DNA from: Lepidodermella squamata | Taxonomy: Eukaryota; Animalia; Gastrotricha | Length of the DNA: 64,000 bases | Direction: 5' to 3' | NCBI GenBank assembly: GCA_047495785.1 | Contig: JBLDXI010000032.1 | Coordinates: 2,170,001-2,234,000, forward strand | Shown: piece after piece, positions 10,970 through 23,987 of the stretch | How the letters are laid out: every line of letters begins with the position of its first letter | How positions within the stretch are numbered: the stretch's first letter is position 1 | Made by a program: the position numbers and the translations under genes | The notes under the pieces: model-generated | Told to the model about the DNA's origin: nothing | The model's input: only the letters and a program-made list of their open reading frames with translations | Databases searched by the model: none

Positions 10970-12968
10970 ATGGCTTCTTATTTTGCTTTGATATTTGCTG
11001 CGTCGATTCAAGGGGCTCTAAGTTACCCGAGTTTACAAATGGAAATGCCCAATGGCGACCGAGTTCCATCGCCTTGTGATCCGAAAGTCACCTGGCCGGG
11101 TGTAGGCCATGAGAGAAGTGCTGGATCAGGGCCTTTCAATCCGTTCGGCCGAGCTTTTCTAGCTAACGGCAAGACATGGACCAGAGATTTCTGCAGAGCT
11201 GACAGTGATGGTGATGGCAGGACGAATGGCGAAGAGCTGGGCGACCCAGGCTGCACGTGGACAAAAGGCGGCGTGCCTCAGGTCACCGACTCCGCTCAAT
11301 TGTCTCACCCTGGCGTTTGCGAGCCGATAACCTCCCCGCAGTGTGCGGGCAAAGTCAATTTTCTGCTCGAAATCGATGCTTGCAAGAAGTTGCTGAACAA
11401 CACAGAAGAATGGTGCCCAGCTACGAAGCTGCCAGATGTGAAGACAATGATGTTCAGGTTCAATGATACGATCATCCCGGATGATGAAACCACGTACTTC
11501 TGCCAAACGTTCAAGGTTCCGGCTGACAGGGATTATCACATCATCGCGGTAAGTAATGTCATGATTTCATAATAACCAAATTTAGTCGACTTTTATTCAG
11601 TGGGAACCTATAATTGCCAACTCCGAAATCATGCATCATCTCTTATTCTTCGTTTGCGACTCACCCGAAACTGAAGCTGCAATTAAAAAGACGGGAAATT
11701 ATTCGCTGCCAATGCGTTGTGGCCTTGTACCGCCTGAATGTCCCTATAGCCATATCGGATGGGCATTTGGTATGAAAGGCCGATGCTTCTACAACGACAC
11801 AGGAATGTTGATGGGAAAAAGTACCTACCAGACAGCTATCATGCAAATTCACTACAACAACGCGTATCGAAAGCCAAATCTTAGCGACTCGTCAGGTTTG
11901 AAGATCTACTATACCGAGAAAATACGCCAATACAACATCGCCACGATGAGACCTGGCCAGACCAATCTCGCCATTCCACCTCATTCGCCCCTAACCCGAA
12001 TTGTTGCTCGCTCGTTTCAATCGCCAAACTGCAGCCGAAAAATTTTGGGCAGTGATGTGAAACCAAATCCCACTTACAACATATCAGGTGTTCTGATGCA
12101 TATGCATAAAACTGGCAAACATGCCAAGTTGACGCTGGAGAAAGCTGACGGCAGGAAGCGCGTCATTTTCGATGCGCCTTATTACTACGACAGACCGCAC
12201 AACCTTGAGTTGGAACGAAATGAAAACATTGTAGTTGAAGCAGGGGATAACTTTGTCCTTGAGTGCCAATATCAAACAACCAATCGTGGCAATTGGACGT
12301 TTTTTGGCGAGAATACTGAGGATGAAATGTGCTTGGTCGGTTTGCAGGTAAGCGCCATTATTTGAATTCCAGAAACAGTTTCAAATCTTCATTTTTGTTG
12401 ATAGATATTTCCAAGGCCACGCGAGAGAAATTGCGTTGACGCAAACACTTTAGGGCTTAACGATGCTTGCACATTGGCCTCAATTAACCGAACTGAAGGA
12501 ATCTTGAATGTAGTTAATCTATGCAACCCTGCATTGTTAGCCAAAGTCATGCTTTCGATGAGGAACGACTCATCGACAACCCTCCTTAAAGCGTGTAATA
12601 TCGAGGCAAACACCCGCTCTACGGCCTGTTGTGATTACTTGAACAAACACCAGTTCTTCAAGTTCAACTGCGTTTACCAGGGCGCTTACGAGCTCACCCG
12701 ACGTCTGCTGGACGCCTCTGCTACGGAAGCAACGGTTCGAAATGTCTATGACAACGTTTCTCAGTGTATCTTTAATGTCATTGCAAATACGACTATGGAC
12801 GACACGCCGAAATTTATTGATAATAAGCAGGCTGATACTAAGCCAGCTGATAATAAGCCGGCCGTAGCTGTCACAACCCAATCTTCTGGAGCTTTTGCAT
12901 TTGCTGCGAAATTTTTACATGTGGCATTAGCTGCCTTCAACGCGACACTAATGAGATCGTTGTTGTAA
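10970..12968 (+). CDS. Temptin-domain copper type II ascorbate-dependent monooxygenase (DBH/MOXD-like), copy A1
   Basis: Exons 10970-11548, 11601-12347, 12405-12968. Signal peptide; temptin motif PNGDRVPSPC..WPGVGH..NPFG..WT..C.ADSDGDGRTNGEELGDP.C.W. Cu ligands MHHLL, QIHYNN, MHMH, DEMC. Cys-rich tail and hydrophobic C-terminus. Confidence 0.9.
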
Positions 12969-13865
12969 AGCATACTACGGCACCATGACGTGAAACAATC
13001 GTTGATTAATTATCAATTCCGGTGGTGTTACTGTTCTTGGAATTCGATTTATTGGGGGAACATTTTATGAATATCATGATTCAATCCAAAAGTAAAGTAA
13101 CATTCTTTTTCCACGGATCTCTGAGTATAAAATAGAACCAAATCCTGCCTTGCAGAACCTTTATGGCGATGGCTAGGAAGAATTCAGTCCCAATTCTCAG
13201 TCATAAGGGAATCACATGAGATTTGAATTCTCTGAGAAGTTGTCACTGGCTTGGAAGACGCTTCCGTACTGCCGCCTTTCTTAATGTCTATTGCTCGGAG
13301 ACCGGAGACATCAGTTGATCGTCGATGTACTACTAGATTCTAGGCCGTTCTGGTGCTAACTATTGAACAGATTTCTTCCACTACCAAAACTAAAGACTTC
13401 CGAACTCAGAAGGTTCTCGAATTACTGTAACAACATAAACATCTGAGACATTTTTTAATCGGCTTAATATTGAATTCTGAACTGCCATGCGTGAAGCTAA
13501 GTGATAGCCTCTCGTTGCAAGTTTCCGCAGCTTGATGACTACTAACCTTCCTTTTAATAGATGTTTTTTCCTGCAGTGATTTTACTCTAGCTCGATTTTG
13601 TGGCCACGAGAGACATGGCTTCCAGTAGTGATTTCTTACAAATTCTTACGTTATCAAATAATTAAAAATTGATGATTTTTCATGCATAGGTTAGGTTAAC
13701 AAAAATCGCAAGCATAAAAAACATAACAAAAGCAAACACGGATGACCTGATTTGTCACAAAGTTTGATGAAATTAAAATGACACTATTATCATTGGTAGA
13801 AAAACTGTTTCAAACTGAGGCGACTTAATGTCTTCAGAAGACCGAAGCCAACCTGATGACAACAG

Positions 13866-16612
13866 CTAATTCGACGTCCCTGTATCGATTGGAACTTACA
13901 TAAATTACGTTGTAGAAAAAACTAGTTAACTTGTGAAGCAATCAGCCCCAGTCCAGCCAGCATTGCAGGTACATTGACCCGGCGCAACGCACTGACCTCG
14001 CAGATAACATCCCATCGCGCAATTCGCTGTATGGGAGATAACGAAACAAAAATCTTTTTCTCTTTACTGGCTAACAATGTAAACATAGTATAGGCCGTGG
14101 GACATTATTTAAAGCAAATATAACGAGGAAACCTCCATGAAAAACATGCTGTTACTTACGATTGATGCAATCGGGAGGCTGCCAAGATGGTGTGCAGGAA
14201 CATTGGTTTGGGCGAATGCAAGTTCCACCGTTTGGGCAGCCCGATGGACAAATGGCTAAAATTGGATAGATGAATTTACCCAAAAATTATGATAGAGAAG
14301 GAAACTTTCACATACGTGTATTGCACGTAGTCCCCGCCCAGCCAGGTGAACAGGTGCAAGTGTTGGGAGCCAAGCATATACCTCCAGTGCCACATCCTGG
14401 ATTGCAGACAGCTGTAATAGAAGTAGCCTAGAAAACATTGATGAAGATGCTTTCGCAAAAGTTACGCATAGCACAATCCCAGCCACCATACCCAGGCTGA
14501 CACGTGCAGCGGAACCCTCCCAAACTGTTCAGATCTCCAACGCAAGATCCATTCAGGCAATTAACTGGACACGTTATCTCTATGGTGGGTTAACAATTAG
14601 AAGGATCACAAGCAATTCTGATTGCTGATTTAATTACGGTTAATCAATTTGCACTGGTCCTTAAGCGTTGAAATCTGGCTCGGCGACAGGGCTGCTTTGT
14701 AAATCGAAAAACAGGAGTACTTGTTGTTGTACGCTAAATTCAAGAGCACTTCAGACGGCATCCGTCTGTAAATAAAATATATACGATCGTTTTTTTTAAT
14801 TCAATAAGGTAATTTTGATATCATTTCTTTTACTACTCATGAACTTGCCTGGCACCAAGAAAAAGCGTGCGATGAGTGATAACTGTCGTTGCGATCGCAG
14901 GAACGCTGAATTGATCATCACAGACGATCTTCAACTGTGAACTGCTCGCGTTCCAAATCATGGCATAGAAATGCCACCCAGTTAGGTTGGTCGGAAAATA
15001 GGCAGCCGGACTAGAAGGATCGGGATAACCGAATAAGTCATTTGTTTGTAAGTCGCTTCCATTAGTTGCACTATAACGCCACATGGCCGCGAATCTATTC
15101 GTCCCATCGCCGAACTCAAAAAGAGGTCCTCGCTGCGGCAGATTTGCAAACATCGAAATTGTGAAAGAGGATGTAGAAACATTAAGAGCGTCCGATGTTA
15201 TGTTTATCCAATTGCTAGCAGTGCCGGTCTCAACTGCAGTGTCCGGTTGCCCAAATGGTCCGACTGCGCTTGGGCAAGGAGTTGGTTGGTGAGTTGCATC
15301 TATGCCATTGCTAGATATGTCTCGATTTCGAAATAGAGCATTCAATGGCCAATATCCGAGTAGGCTCGGTAGGCCTGCTTGATTATTGATGAACTGATAC
15401 ACATTATCACGGCCAGAACTTAGTTCTGAATGGAATGAATTACGCTCGATATATATTGTCGTGACAACACCCTACGTGTACTGCAAGTAGAGCCACTCCA
15501 ACCACTGAAACAAGTGCAGGTATTAGGTGCTGTGCAACGACCACCAACACCACAATCAGGAGTACAAACGGCTGAATGAAAACAACTTATCGGAAGTAGC
15601 CCATAAGTAAAAGCAATAAGCGTACGTATACTGCAATCCCAGTTTGTCCAGCCAGCTTGACAAGTGCACCTGTATCCTCCCGGTGTAATGGTATCCCCAA
15701 CGCACGTTCCCGATTGACAGTTGGTTGAACAGGTTATTTCTACAGGATTGCATTGGGCAATCAACTATCAAGTATACAAGCAATGTTCAACTAACGACTT
15801 AAAATTTGGCATTGATCACGGAGGAGAGCTAATTGAGCTGCGTTGAAGGCTGTTTTATGAATCGAAAAACAAGCGTATTTGTTGTTGTACGATCCAGGCA
15901 ATGAAATTGATGTAATCAATCTGAATTAAGAAGAAGATTCAAAGGAAGCTTTGTGAACAATTATCATTCATAAAACTAACCTTGTTCCAAGATACATGCT
16001 CCTGAACGTCGTGAATGCTGTTATTGAGACCGGCGAACTTATTTGATCATGGCATACTGCCGTCATTTGCAAGGTAGTTGAATCAAAAATGTGTGCGACG
16101 AATCGCCAACCAGCAGTGAAATTACAATTAACCCTCAAATAGGCGTACGCGGGGTTGGGTGAAATGAATATCGTATTTGGCTGCATTATGGTATCGTCGC
16201 TAGCAACATTCCACATATTGGCTTTTAAGGCTGGCGTCGTAACATCCTCGTATTCGTAGATGGGGCCGCGATTCGGGATGTACACGAAGGTAGCGATAGT
16301 CACAGATGATGAGCCGAAGTTCAGTAGATTAGAAGTTAAGTTCAAGTAGTTGCCAGAATTGTTAGCGTGTGTTTCGTAAGCTGTACCCGGCTGGCCGAAT
16401 GGGCCTTGTGTCACGGGGGTAGGGGTCGGTGCGGACGTGGCATGAATTTGATTTCCCGAAATGTCTTGCAGACCGAAGAGCGAATGCAGCGGCCAATATC
16501 CAACCATGTTCGGCAAAGAAACTTTATTTAGGGCGAATTGAGTGCCGAAATCTTGCGCGAGCATCGCATCAACTCTGAGAAGAATCAAAAAGCAAGCGAG
16601 AATATTTTGCAT
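13866..16612 (-). CDS. Secreted protein with two LamG/pentraxin-like (concanavalin A fold) domains each followed by EGF repeats, copy B1
   Basis: Signal peptide [28 protein letters not shown]...GPFGQP.TA and GW.F.A.I..YACFSI motifs occur twice; about six EGF-like units (e.g. [24 protein letters not shown]). Predicted last micro-exon 13879-13866 (RTSN*), conserved in copy B2. Confidence 0.8.
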
Positions 16613-17395
16613 TTTTTCTTTCACGCAAGCAGGAAGAAAAATTGCGAAATGCGACTACATTGTTACTTTGCTGTCAGATAATTTAGTTAATTATCGTTAA
16701 ATCGATTGAAGATACAGTAATCTTCCTTGGATTCCTCCCAGGTGTAGATTGTCCTTCTCTCACCTGCATGAACTAGAGCAATTTATATGTCGGGGCTGCG
16801 TAGATGCACGCCGAGAAAACGTTCATAGATAGATAGATGCGGAAAATCGTTTAAGCTCCCTAGTAACTTGGTTGCGCTTTTGTCGTTGAGGTGTGCGGCG
16901 GTGACAGCAGGGTCAATCAAAATCGCGCCACGCTGCGAGCGCCAACCCATGAGGCATTCACAATAATTGATTTCACCATTTATTAATTTCACATTTTGCT
17001 GGAGCATCGTCTATGGGCGGTTTGAGTTCTTTACAGCTCTTTCCCGAAAACACGTTCCTTGAAATACAACAATGATTTCGAAGATGTATTGACGGAAATA
17101 TCGAAAACGTTGTTTGAGAATTGGAAATTCCAGCTTTTAATGATTATTTTCTGCTTCATAATTCCAACTAAAGTGAAAACTGTAGTCACATAACTGTCTT
17201 AAGGCTGCTCAGGTTCGACTTCCATCATTTGAGGAGCTTCTTCGAGGTAGACAATTTAGCAATACAAAGATAAAATCCGACATGTTTTCTGCGACATTTA
17301 ATCAGAAAAAAATAAAAATCGACATTATATAAAACGTAAAACTAGGGCCGACAATTTGGATATCTTAATTAAGCCAAAGACATTTTAAAATAAAT

Positions 17396-17463
17396 GTTCG
17401 GGTCCGGGTTAGGTTTAGGTTTAGGGTTTGGTTAGGGTTCAGGATTAAGATTAGGGTTAGGGT
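17396..17463 (+). repeat. Degenerate interstitial TTAGGG-like repeat
   Basis: gggttaggtttaggtttagggtttggttagggttcaggattaagattagggttaggg. Confidence 0.6.
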
Positions 17464-18229
17464 AGTTCGAGTCTCGGGTTTCCATGATGCTCGATTTTTG
17501 GGTCCTTGCGCTTCCCCAATAACCATTTTCATGCGGAAAAAATAGGCTACTCTTTCGGAACCCCGTTTTTCTTTTACATAAACCGAAAACTAGCCATCTG
17601 GCATTTTCCTAATGTTTTCAGCTTGAATTTAATTAAAAAAAATATGCATGAAAGTTGGCACCCAAACAATTATTCATATGAATTTATTGATACAGCAGCC
17701 CTCAAAGGTAGCACCGACTTCAGCATAGTAAGTACTGTAGGGACAAAATCGGCTCAGCAGCGACAAAATTTAGGTTTCTTTAATAATGAGTCAACCGACA
17801 AATTAGCGATAGGAGTACGGTTAGGTATGGTGAAGGTAGGCATGATAGAGGTACAGGTAGGACGTCAGAACAGCGAAAGCGACTAAACAGCGAAAAACCC
17901 TCCCTAAAATGCTATGTAATGTGGGATATTAAAATCGCTGTATTGTCGCGTTCGCTGTTTCGGGTATTAGCTGTTATGGCGGTCTGCAGAGGTACATGGT
18001 GCTGCCGTTGGTGCTACCGTAGATCGGTATTTCAGCTGATGAAATCAGTTCAAGCACATTTCAGCTTATTTCGTGCCGGTCTGGGTATTGTAAGTTTCAG
18101 CATTGGCCACCCCTGGTCAAAGTCTACAAATGAGGACTGTCGGAACAGCGTAGTTACATTCGTTGAATCTCCTAATTTCATCACTTCTTCTGCTCAATTT
18201 TTGCTCGTAAAGCTATAATTGTTTTGATT

Positions 18230-18296
18230 GAGTCTCGACGATTCAGAAAACGACAACTCAGCCTGCGACAACTCAGCCCGCGACAACTCAGGCTAC
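18230..18296 (+). repeat. Three tandem cgacaactcag units; probable left subterminal region of the Mutator-like element
   Basis: cgacaactcagcctgcgacaactcagcccgcgacaactcaggc lies upstream of the MULE transposase remnant. No matching right end was found. Confidence 0.45.
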
Positions 18297-18334
18297 GGTG
18301 CATTTTTTGAATTATCTACTATCACTATTTACTA

Positions 18335-19308
18335 CCGTCAGCTGGCAGTTGGAGCTATCCGGACGGCGAAAAAAAATTACCCCCTGATTTTTTTTTTGCA
18401 TTTTTACCATAGATAAATATTTATCTATGATTTTTACACGTTTCAGAAGGTCCTGATTCCAATGGCACCAGCATTCCGAATAGCCCCACGGATGGGGCTA
18501 TTCGGACAGGTGTGGGGCTATTAATAATACATAAATATTCAATTCAAATATTACTGATATATGCTGTGCTCAGTGGTCGAGTGGCTTTGGATGTGCTTCT
18601 AGAAAGCATAGCAAAGTACGAAGCGAGGGTTCGCGTCCACGCCGCGGGGCAATTTTTTCCGCTAAATTTTCGAATTATTTTTATGCACAAGGATTTAGGC
18701 AATTTAAAGCACTGATTTTTAGTTGAATTTTTTGTCAATTATATTCGTAATTATTTAATTGGCAATCTCGTATGACATCAGTAAATTTGTCTTTTCCAGC
18801 TTTTCCACCTTATTCAAAAATTAAAATGTAAATGAAGTTAAAGTCCGCTTTAATCAGCAAGGAGCGCTTGAATAACACAGTTCATTAGCATATTCAAATG
18901 GCAGACCGAATAGCCCTTCAAATTCGCTTTTTGATGGGGCTAATCGGACGCAATTAATTAGACAAAAGTATGAGTCGGATCGGATCAATTTTCAAGGGTG
19001 CCTTAGCGTCCGGAGATTCAGGAAAAATTGGGCGCAGGTCCAGCAAAATTCTCTTCGGGTCCAGGTAATTCAACGCAGAACATGCTTAAACTGAGAGGTA
19101 AACTTACACTTGAAAGGTAAGCCCATATCTTCACAACCACTTACTCTCTGGTCATGAAATTTTTAGGGTATGTGGGTCGTCTTTCCACCTAACTCCGTGC
19201 AAAATTTCATTGCCAACGGCGGGGTAGTTTTTGAGCCATTCTCATTCTCCTGTTTGCATGAACATTCGTCCGAATAGCCCCAATGACCCAGATTACCCCA
19301 AATGACGG
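18335..19308. mobile_element. Non-autonomous pogo/Tc1-like DNA element with TA target duplication
   Basis: TA-ccgtca...tgacgg-TA ends; repeated internal ccgaatagcccc / ggggctattcgg motifs. Confidence 0.65.
18408..18429. mobile_element. 22-bp fused-TIR remnant (probable excision footprint) of a CATAG-terminated element
   Basis: Perfect palindrome catagataaatatttatctatg flanked by an exact 8-bp TSD atttttac (18400-18407, 18430-18437). Same termini as the element at 36439-36709. Confidence 0.8.
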
Positions 19309-19413
19309 TACCTATTACTTCTATATTATTTACTGAGTAATTGCCGCCGGCGAATTTGAACGTGACGAAACGGTCTACTTGGCGTTGCAGCTGGCGGGTT
19401 TGGTTTAGAAAAC

Positions 19414-21433
19414 ATGACTAACAACCCTTTCGCTGACGCCCGAGAACTGAAAGCATTTCAACCTCCAGAACCTCTACCTCAGCAGCAACAGATCGTTAGC
19501 CAGCAGCCTACGCTGACCAATCGCCAACGAGGTAGATGTATATATCTTGTTTAAACGCATGCTCTTATCACATTTTCTATCGGCGAAGGAACTATTCCTA
19601 AAGTTCGACCTGTCCGAGCAAGACCAACATCATCAAGAAATGCAAGAAGTCAACTTCAGGCGCCAACTGAGACTCGGGACTGGACGCCCCCACTTGTTGT
19701 TTCTTCTCAACGCGGGCCCGATATGCGAGTACACGAAAATTGTTGCTTCAAGCGTCGCCCTACACCTGATGCCAATGGCAACTTCGTCTGGAGATGTGCT
19801 CAGAGGTCGCCACCTTTCGAATGCCCCTGTCACATAACAACATTACCCTTTTATCGTTACGAGCCTTTACCCGGTCAGACGGGCTTAGTGCATGACCATT
19901 TTATCCCGGAGGATGGCTTAAATCTGGCAAGAAAAGCTATTGGGGCCATGGTTCAGCCGGCTAGATCTACCGTCGAGCCAACTTCTTTTATTCTTAAGGC
20001 TGAGGCCTATTCTTAAGGATACCCCGAGGCCGTAGGAAATCATTTACCCAACAGGGAAGCCCTGAAACGAATGATTCAACGGGCTCGAAGCTAGGGCTCG
20101 GGAGGCAACCCTAATTCCGAAGGCGACGGTGAAGTTCCCTCAATACCACCTGTCAATACTCATCGAAATGAAAACTTTTTACTGTTCGACGATCCTGACA
20201 CTGTAGACCCAAGAGAGAGAATCTATATTTTCGGTACTATGACACATCTCAGAGCTCTCGCCCGTTATCGTCATTGGGCCGCTAATGGCACTGTTGCGTC
20301 TTGCCCAAAACCATTTTACCAACTTTTTACTCTCCATTTTTTTTACGAAACCTTCCAGGGCAGTCAGGGTCGTAGAGTTGTTGCATGCAATTTTCGCTTT
20401 ACTTCCAAATAAGAAAAAACCAACTTACAAACGGTTGTTTCAAGCGCTCAAAAGGCTGCTGCCAGGTAAATATTCGACAACGTTATATACAAACTCTCAT
20501 TTTAAATGGCAAGAACTTGATCCTGAATCCTTTATGGCCGATTTTGAATCCGCCAGTCGCTCAGCATTTAGCGAGGTATTCGACCGAGCTGATGTCAGGG
20601 GTTGCCTTTTTCATCTCTCATGCAGTCAATCTTGAGAAAGGTTGTGTATCTTTTCCGCGATGGCATTATATTTCAGGTCGATTTTAGGTGAAAAAGCTGG
20701 GCTTGTGGACCGCTTTTTTGAGAAGTCAGGCTGTTCGGACTGCTGTACGTCTCCTTGGAGCCTTGGCCTTTCTTCCGCAGCGACTGGTCGCGTCGACATT
20801 CCGTTTCATAGTGATGCGAATTTTGCAAACAGGTCTAGTCGTCGAGCATCCACTGTTGAAAGACGAAAGACCTCTATCTTTACTTCCGCGACACCTATAT
20901 TGGCTACAATGACGACTTCGGGCTTCGACGACTTCGACGACAATGACGACTTCGGGTTACACCCCGTTACGCTCCTGAAAGATGGAACCAATTCGATAGA
21001 GTTGTGCAAGGGCTGCCCAGATCTGATACCTCTCTTGACGGTTTTCATTACGGCTGCCGCGGGACTCTATGTGTTAAGCTGCCTCTCACCGCTTTCATCG
21101 ATCGCCTCCGTGTACGTTTTGAAATGTAATGATACTCATAAACTAAGATAGCTTTTACAGATGGAACAAAACCATTACGAGGACGTGCTCAGAGATCTCG
21201 AAAACGGTCAACAGATGTACAGACCACGTCATGCCAATAACGTCAGGCTGGACGTCGAATTGAGTAACCTCTTGCTGACCAATCGCCAACAAGGGCTTTT
21301 CAAATCGAACAATGGCGAGAGGCTTTTCGACTACCTCGTTCGAGTCGACCAAATATTTTCCCGGTACAACAGGTACTGGGAAGTCGAGGATATCAGCGAC
21401 GACGAGCAGGACGGCGATGAGAACGATGGCTGA
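19414..21433 (+). pseudogene. Mutator-like (MULE) transposase pseudogene with FLYWCH-like N-terminus and introns
   Basis: Frameshifted and stop-interrupted motifs: FVWRCAQR..C, HDH, LPNREALKRMIQRAR, ENFLLFDD, WAANGT (first catalytic Asp to Asn), FYQLFTLH, FALLPNKKKPTYKRLF, FMADFESA, GCLFHL, YFRDTYIG, GTNSIE. Confidence 0.85.
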
Positions 21434-21577
21434 ACGGCCCAAAAATGTGTTAACTTTTCTTCATTAGCTGTAAATTCTTAGAAAACCGGGTTTGCAACCG
21501 TTATGATAATCTGTGTAATAACTTTTTGGAACATTCCACTATCCATTATTCATTCATTTTATTCAAGTGACTCTGAG

Positions 21578-22791
21578 GGTTCGCCATACTTTTCTCAACC
21601 GTACTTTTTCCAACAGTGTATTTCGTTCTCAACATGCAGCTACTCAACCCGCATTTTTCTCAACATGCATAAAAGACCCCGTCTTTCGTGACGCGAGCCC
21701 CTCTTCAGAGCACCTCTCACTGCGTGCGGTCCGCCACCTTCGCAGCACTACTCCCGTCTTTTCTAAGCGCTCTTATAATCCCGCAGTGTGGAGTAACTTG
21801 GCCTTAATAACCAGAAGCCTAATGTTTGATTATGGGTTGAGTAAAACGGAAAAGCAATAAACACCAAGTGGTCCAAGCATATATATATGGCTTAGAGGTT
21901 TTGGATCGAAATTTTTGAAAAATTTACCTTTGAAATTCATGCGCTTTCAATATAATGCACATATACCTAATCGAAATATCGAATTCAATTCCGGGCAACA
22001 ATTCTGGCGGAGGCTAAATTTTAATTCAAGTCAGCATTCCACATGCTACCAATTATTCTGATCGAAGTCTGCCATCAGCCGCGGCCGGTTGGCAAAATAT
22101 TGCGCGAAATACCATATTTTAGTGGTATTATAAGGCCGCGGCGACTATTTTTCTTGATTTTCGTATAAAGGGTAAAAAAGCGGCGATTATCCCTTAATTT
22201 TATTTGAGTGCGAGTGCGGCGTTTATTTGAGCCGCGGCCTTTATACCACTAAATACGGTAACCACAAATGTATATGAAATTAACACGGATGAGCAAGGCA
22301 AGCAGGCAATCGGCAAACCGGTCACCGTGGCTGATGGATGACCGGCCGATTGCAGACTTTGAAACACGACCCGAATGACGAGGGGCTTGGACTCATTTTA
22401 ATTTTGGCAGACCAATTCGAGTGTACTCTGTCTTGGAAATCACCGCGCGCAGTACAGAATTAAAGCGCCATAAAAACTCCGATTTTTGCCAATTTTTCTT
22501 GTCACTTTTGACTAGCTGAGTACCCGAAAATGTTCAAATTGCAGTAAAAAGTCAAAAATAATTAACATTGTGAATTATTGCCAGACTGTTTACCCTCTTA
22601 AGAAGGAGAATCATGTCATTTGGGGTCTAATAGTAACAAGACTATTAGACTGGAGAGGCACTCGCATGCGCCCCCCGCATCGCCGGGGCTCACGCTCGCT
22701 CGTCAAGTTGAGAAACACACCTGTTGTGTAAACAACACGTTGAGAAAACCACATGTTGAGAAAAGTATAGTTGAGAAAAGGCGGCACTACC
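21578..22791. mobile_element. Non-autonomous Mutator-like TIR element inserted in exon 1 of the middle temptin-monooxygenase copy
   Basis: GG...CC termini with multiple ttctcaac / gttgagaa subterminal repeats; 8-bp TSD actctgag / actccgag. Rejoined flanks read attcaagtgactctgagttacccaagg, as in copy A2 at ~32736-32762. Confidence 0.8.
22112..22258. mobile_element. pogo/Tigger-like MITE nested in a second small TIR element (~22063-22361), itself inside the Mutator-like element
   Basis: TA-ccatattttagtggtattataaggccgcggc / gccgcggcctttataccactaaatacgg-TA. Outer element ends aagtctgc / gcagactt. Confidence 0.65.
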
Positions 22792-23163
22792 ACTCCGAGT
22801 TACCCAAGGCTGAAATTGGAAATGCCAAATGGCGACCGCGTTCCATCGCCATGTGATCCAAAAGTCACCTGGCCGGGTGTAGGCCACGGGAGAAGCGCTG
22901 GACCAGGGCCTTACAACGCGTTCGGTCGAGCTTTTCTAGCCAATGGCAAAACTTGGACCAGAGACAAAGGGCGGCGTGCCTCAGGTTACCGATTCAGCTA
23001 AATTTTCTCACTTTACTTAGAGGTCAATGAAAAGGGAATGTTACTGTATTTGATGGAATCATGGTATTCAAATGATCTCAGAGTAAATCGAATTCGAATA
23101 GCATAAAATTCACCGGATTCGATAATTAAACAACGGTAAAATTTTAGTGTCATGTTGCCATGC

Positions 23164-23987
23164 TATTTATTTATTTATTTATAAGCTTTAACGCCCAAGA
23201 GAGGGCAGCTTGACAAGAGGCAATTTGAAAGTGAAACATATAATTGCAGGACAGATTATGTACAGATGAATGGGAGTGCATACGAGTGCAGGTAGTGTAG
23301 TAGTGATGTAACAACAATTTTTAGGCAACAACAATACTTGATAAGCTGGATAGCTTTATAAAAATATAAGCAATACATAAGACAGGCTAATTTTTATTCA
23401 ATTTCAATTTGCCGGCATTATTGGAATAACAATACTATAAACAGCTTCACGACATTCCTGTGCTGATTCTGCTTGATGTGCTGCCGTCGGAAGCTGGTTA
23501 CACCAGCAATCAGGCCCGCGGTAGCCTAAAGTGAGTGCACCGCGCTCTTTGCGTTCTGTTGGCTTGATCATTGGCTCAAAATGACGAAAGCCGTACGCGC
23601 TGGCTTCGTTCAATTGGAACAGTGTTTGCAACATTGCTGGCGCTTGTTGATGTAGACAGTTCCAGATGAATGTAGCAACGTGGATCGCGTGTTTTTGATT
23701 CACATCGACCCAACCTAGACGGCTTCTTAATGCTTCGGGATCAGCCAAGGGATGTGCACCGCAAATGACACGATCCTGAGTTGATTGCGATTTGGCTAGC
23801 GAACTCGGCGCTGCCTGACCCAGCGTGATGTCACCGTAATTCAAATGACAAAAAACAAGCCCGTTGGCCATCATAATCGCCGTCTTTCTATCGACAAACT
23901 TGACGGCCAAGCGAAGGGCCTCTTTTCGGCCTCTTCTCGCCTTGCTCTTGGCACTCTTTATTTGTTTCTTGAAGGTGAGTTTGTCGT
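23164..23987 (-). mobile_element. 3' fragment of a CR1/L2-group non-LTR retrotransposon
   Basis: DKLTFKKQI..LAVKFVDRKTAIMMANGLVFCHLNYG..LGW..H.ATFIWNCL..LGYRGPDCW; (AATA)n tail at 23164-23182. Confidence 0.75.

Noticed and set aside
11023-12973. Antisense ORFs over the monooxygenase (similar shadow ORFs overlie the receptor and ankyrin exons)
   Set aside because: Shadow frames of real coding sequence with no independent motifs.
17396-17463. True telomere or chromosome fusion site
   Set aside because: Too short and degenerate, with no head-to-head CCCTAA array.
18253-18296. Short direct repeats resembling a CRISPR array
   Set aside because: Three units with a period of ~15 bp and no unique spacers; eukaryotic context with no cas genes. 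Better explained as transposon subterminal repeats.
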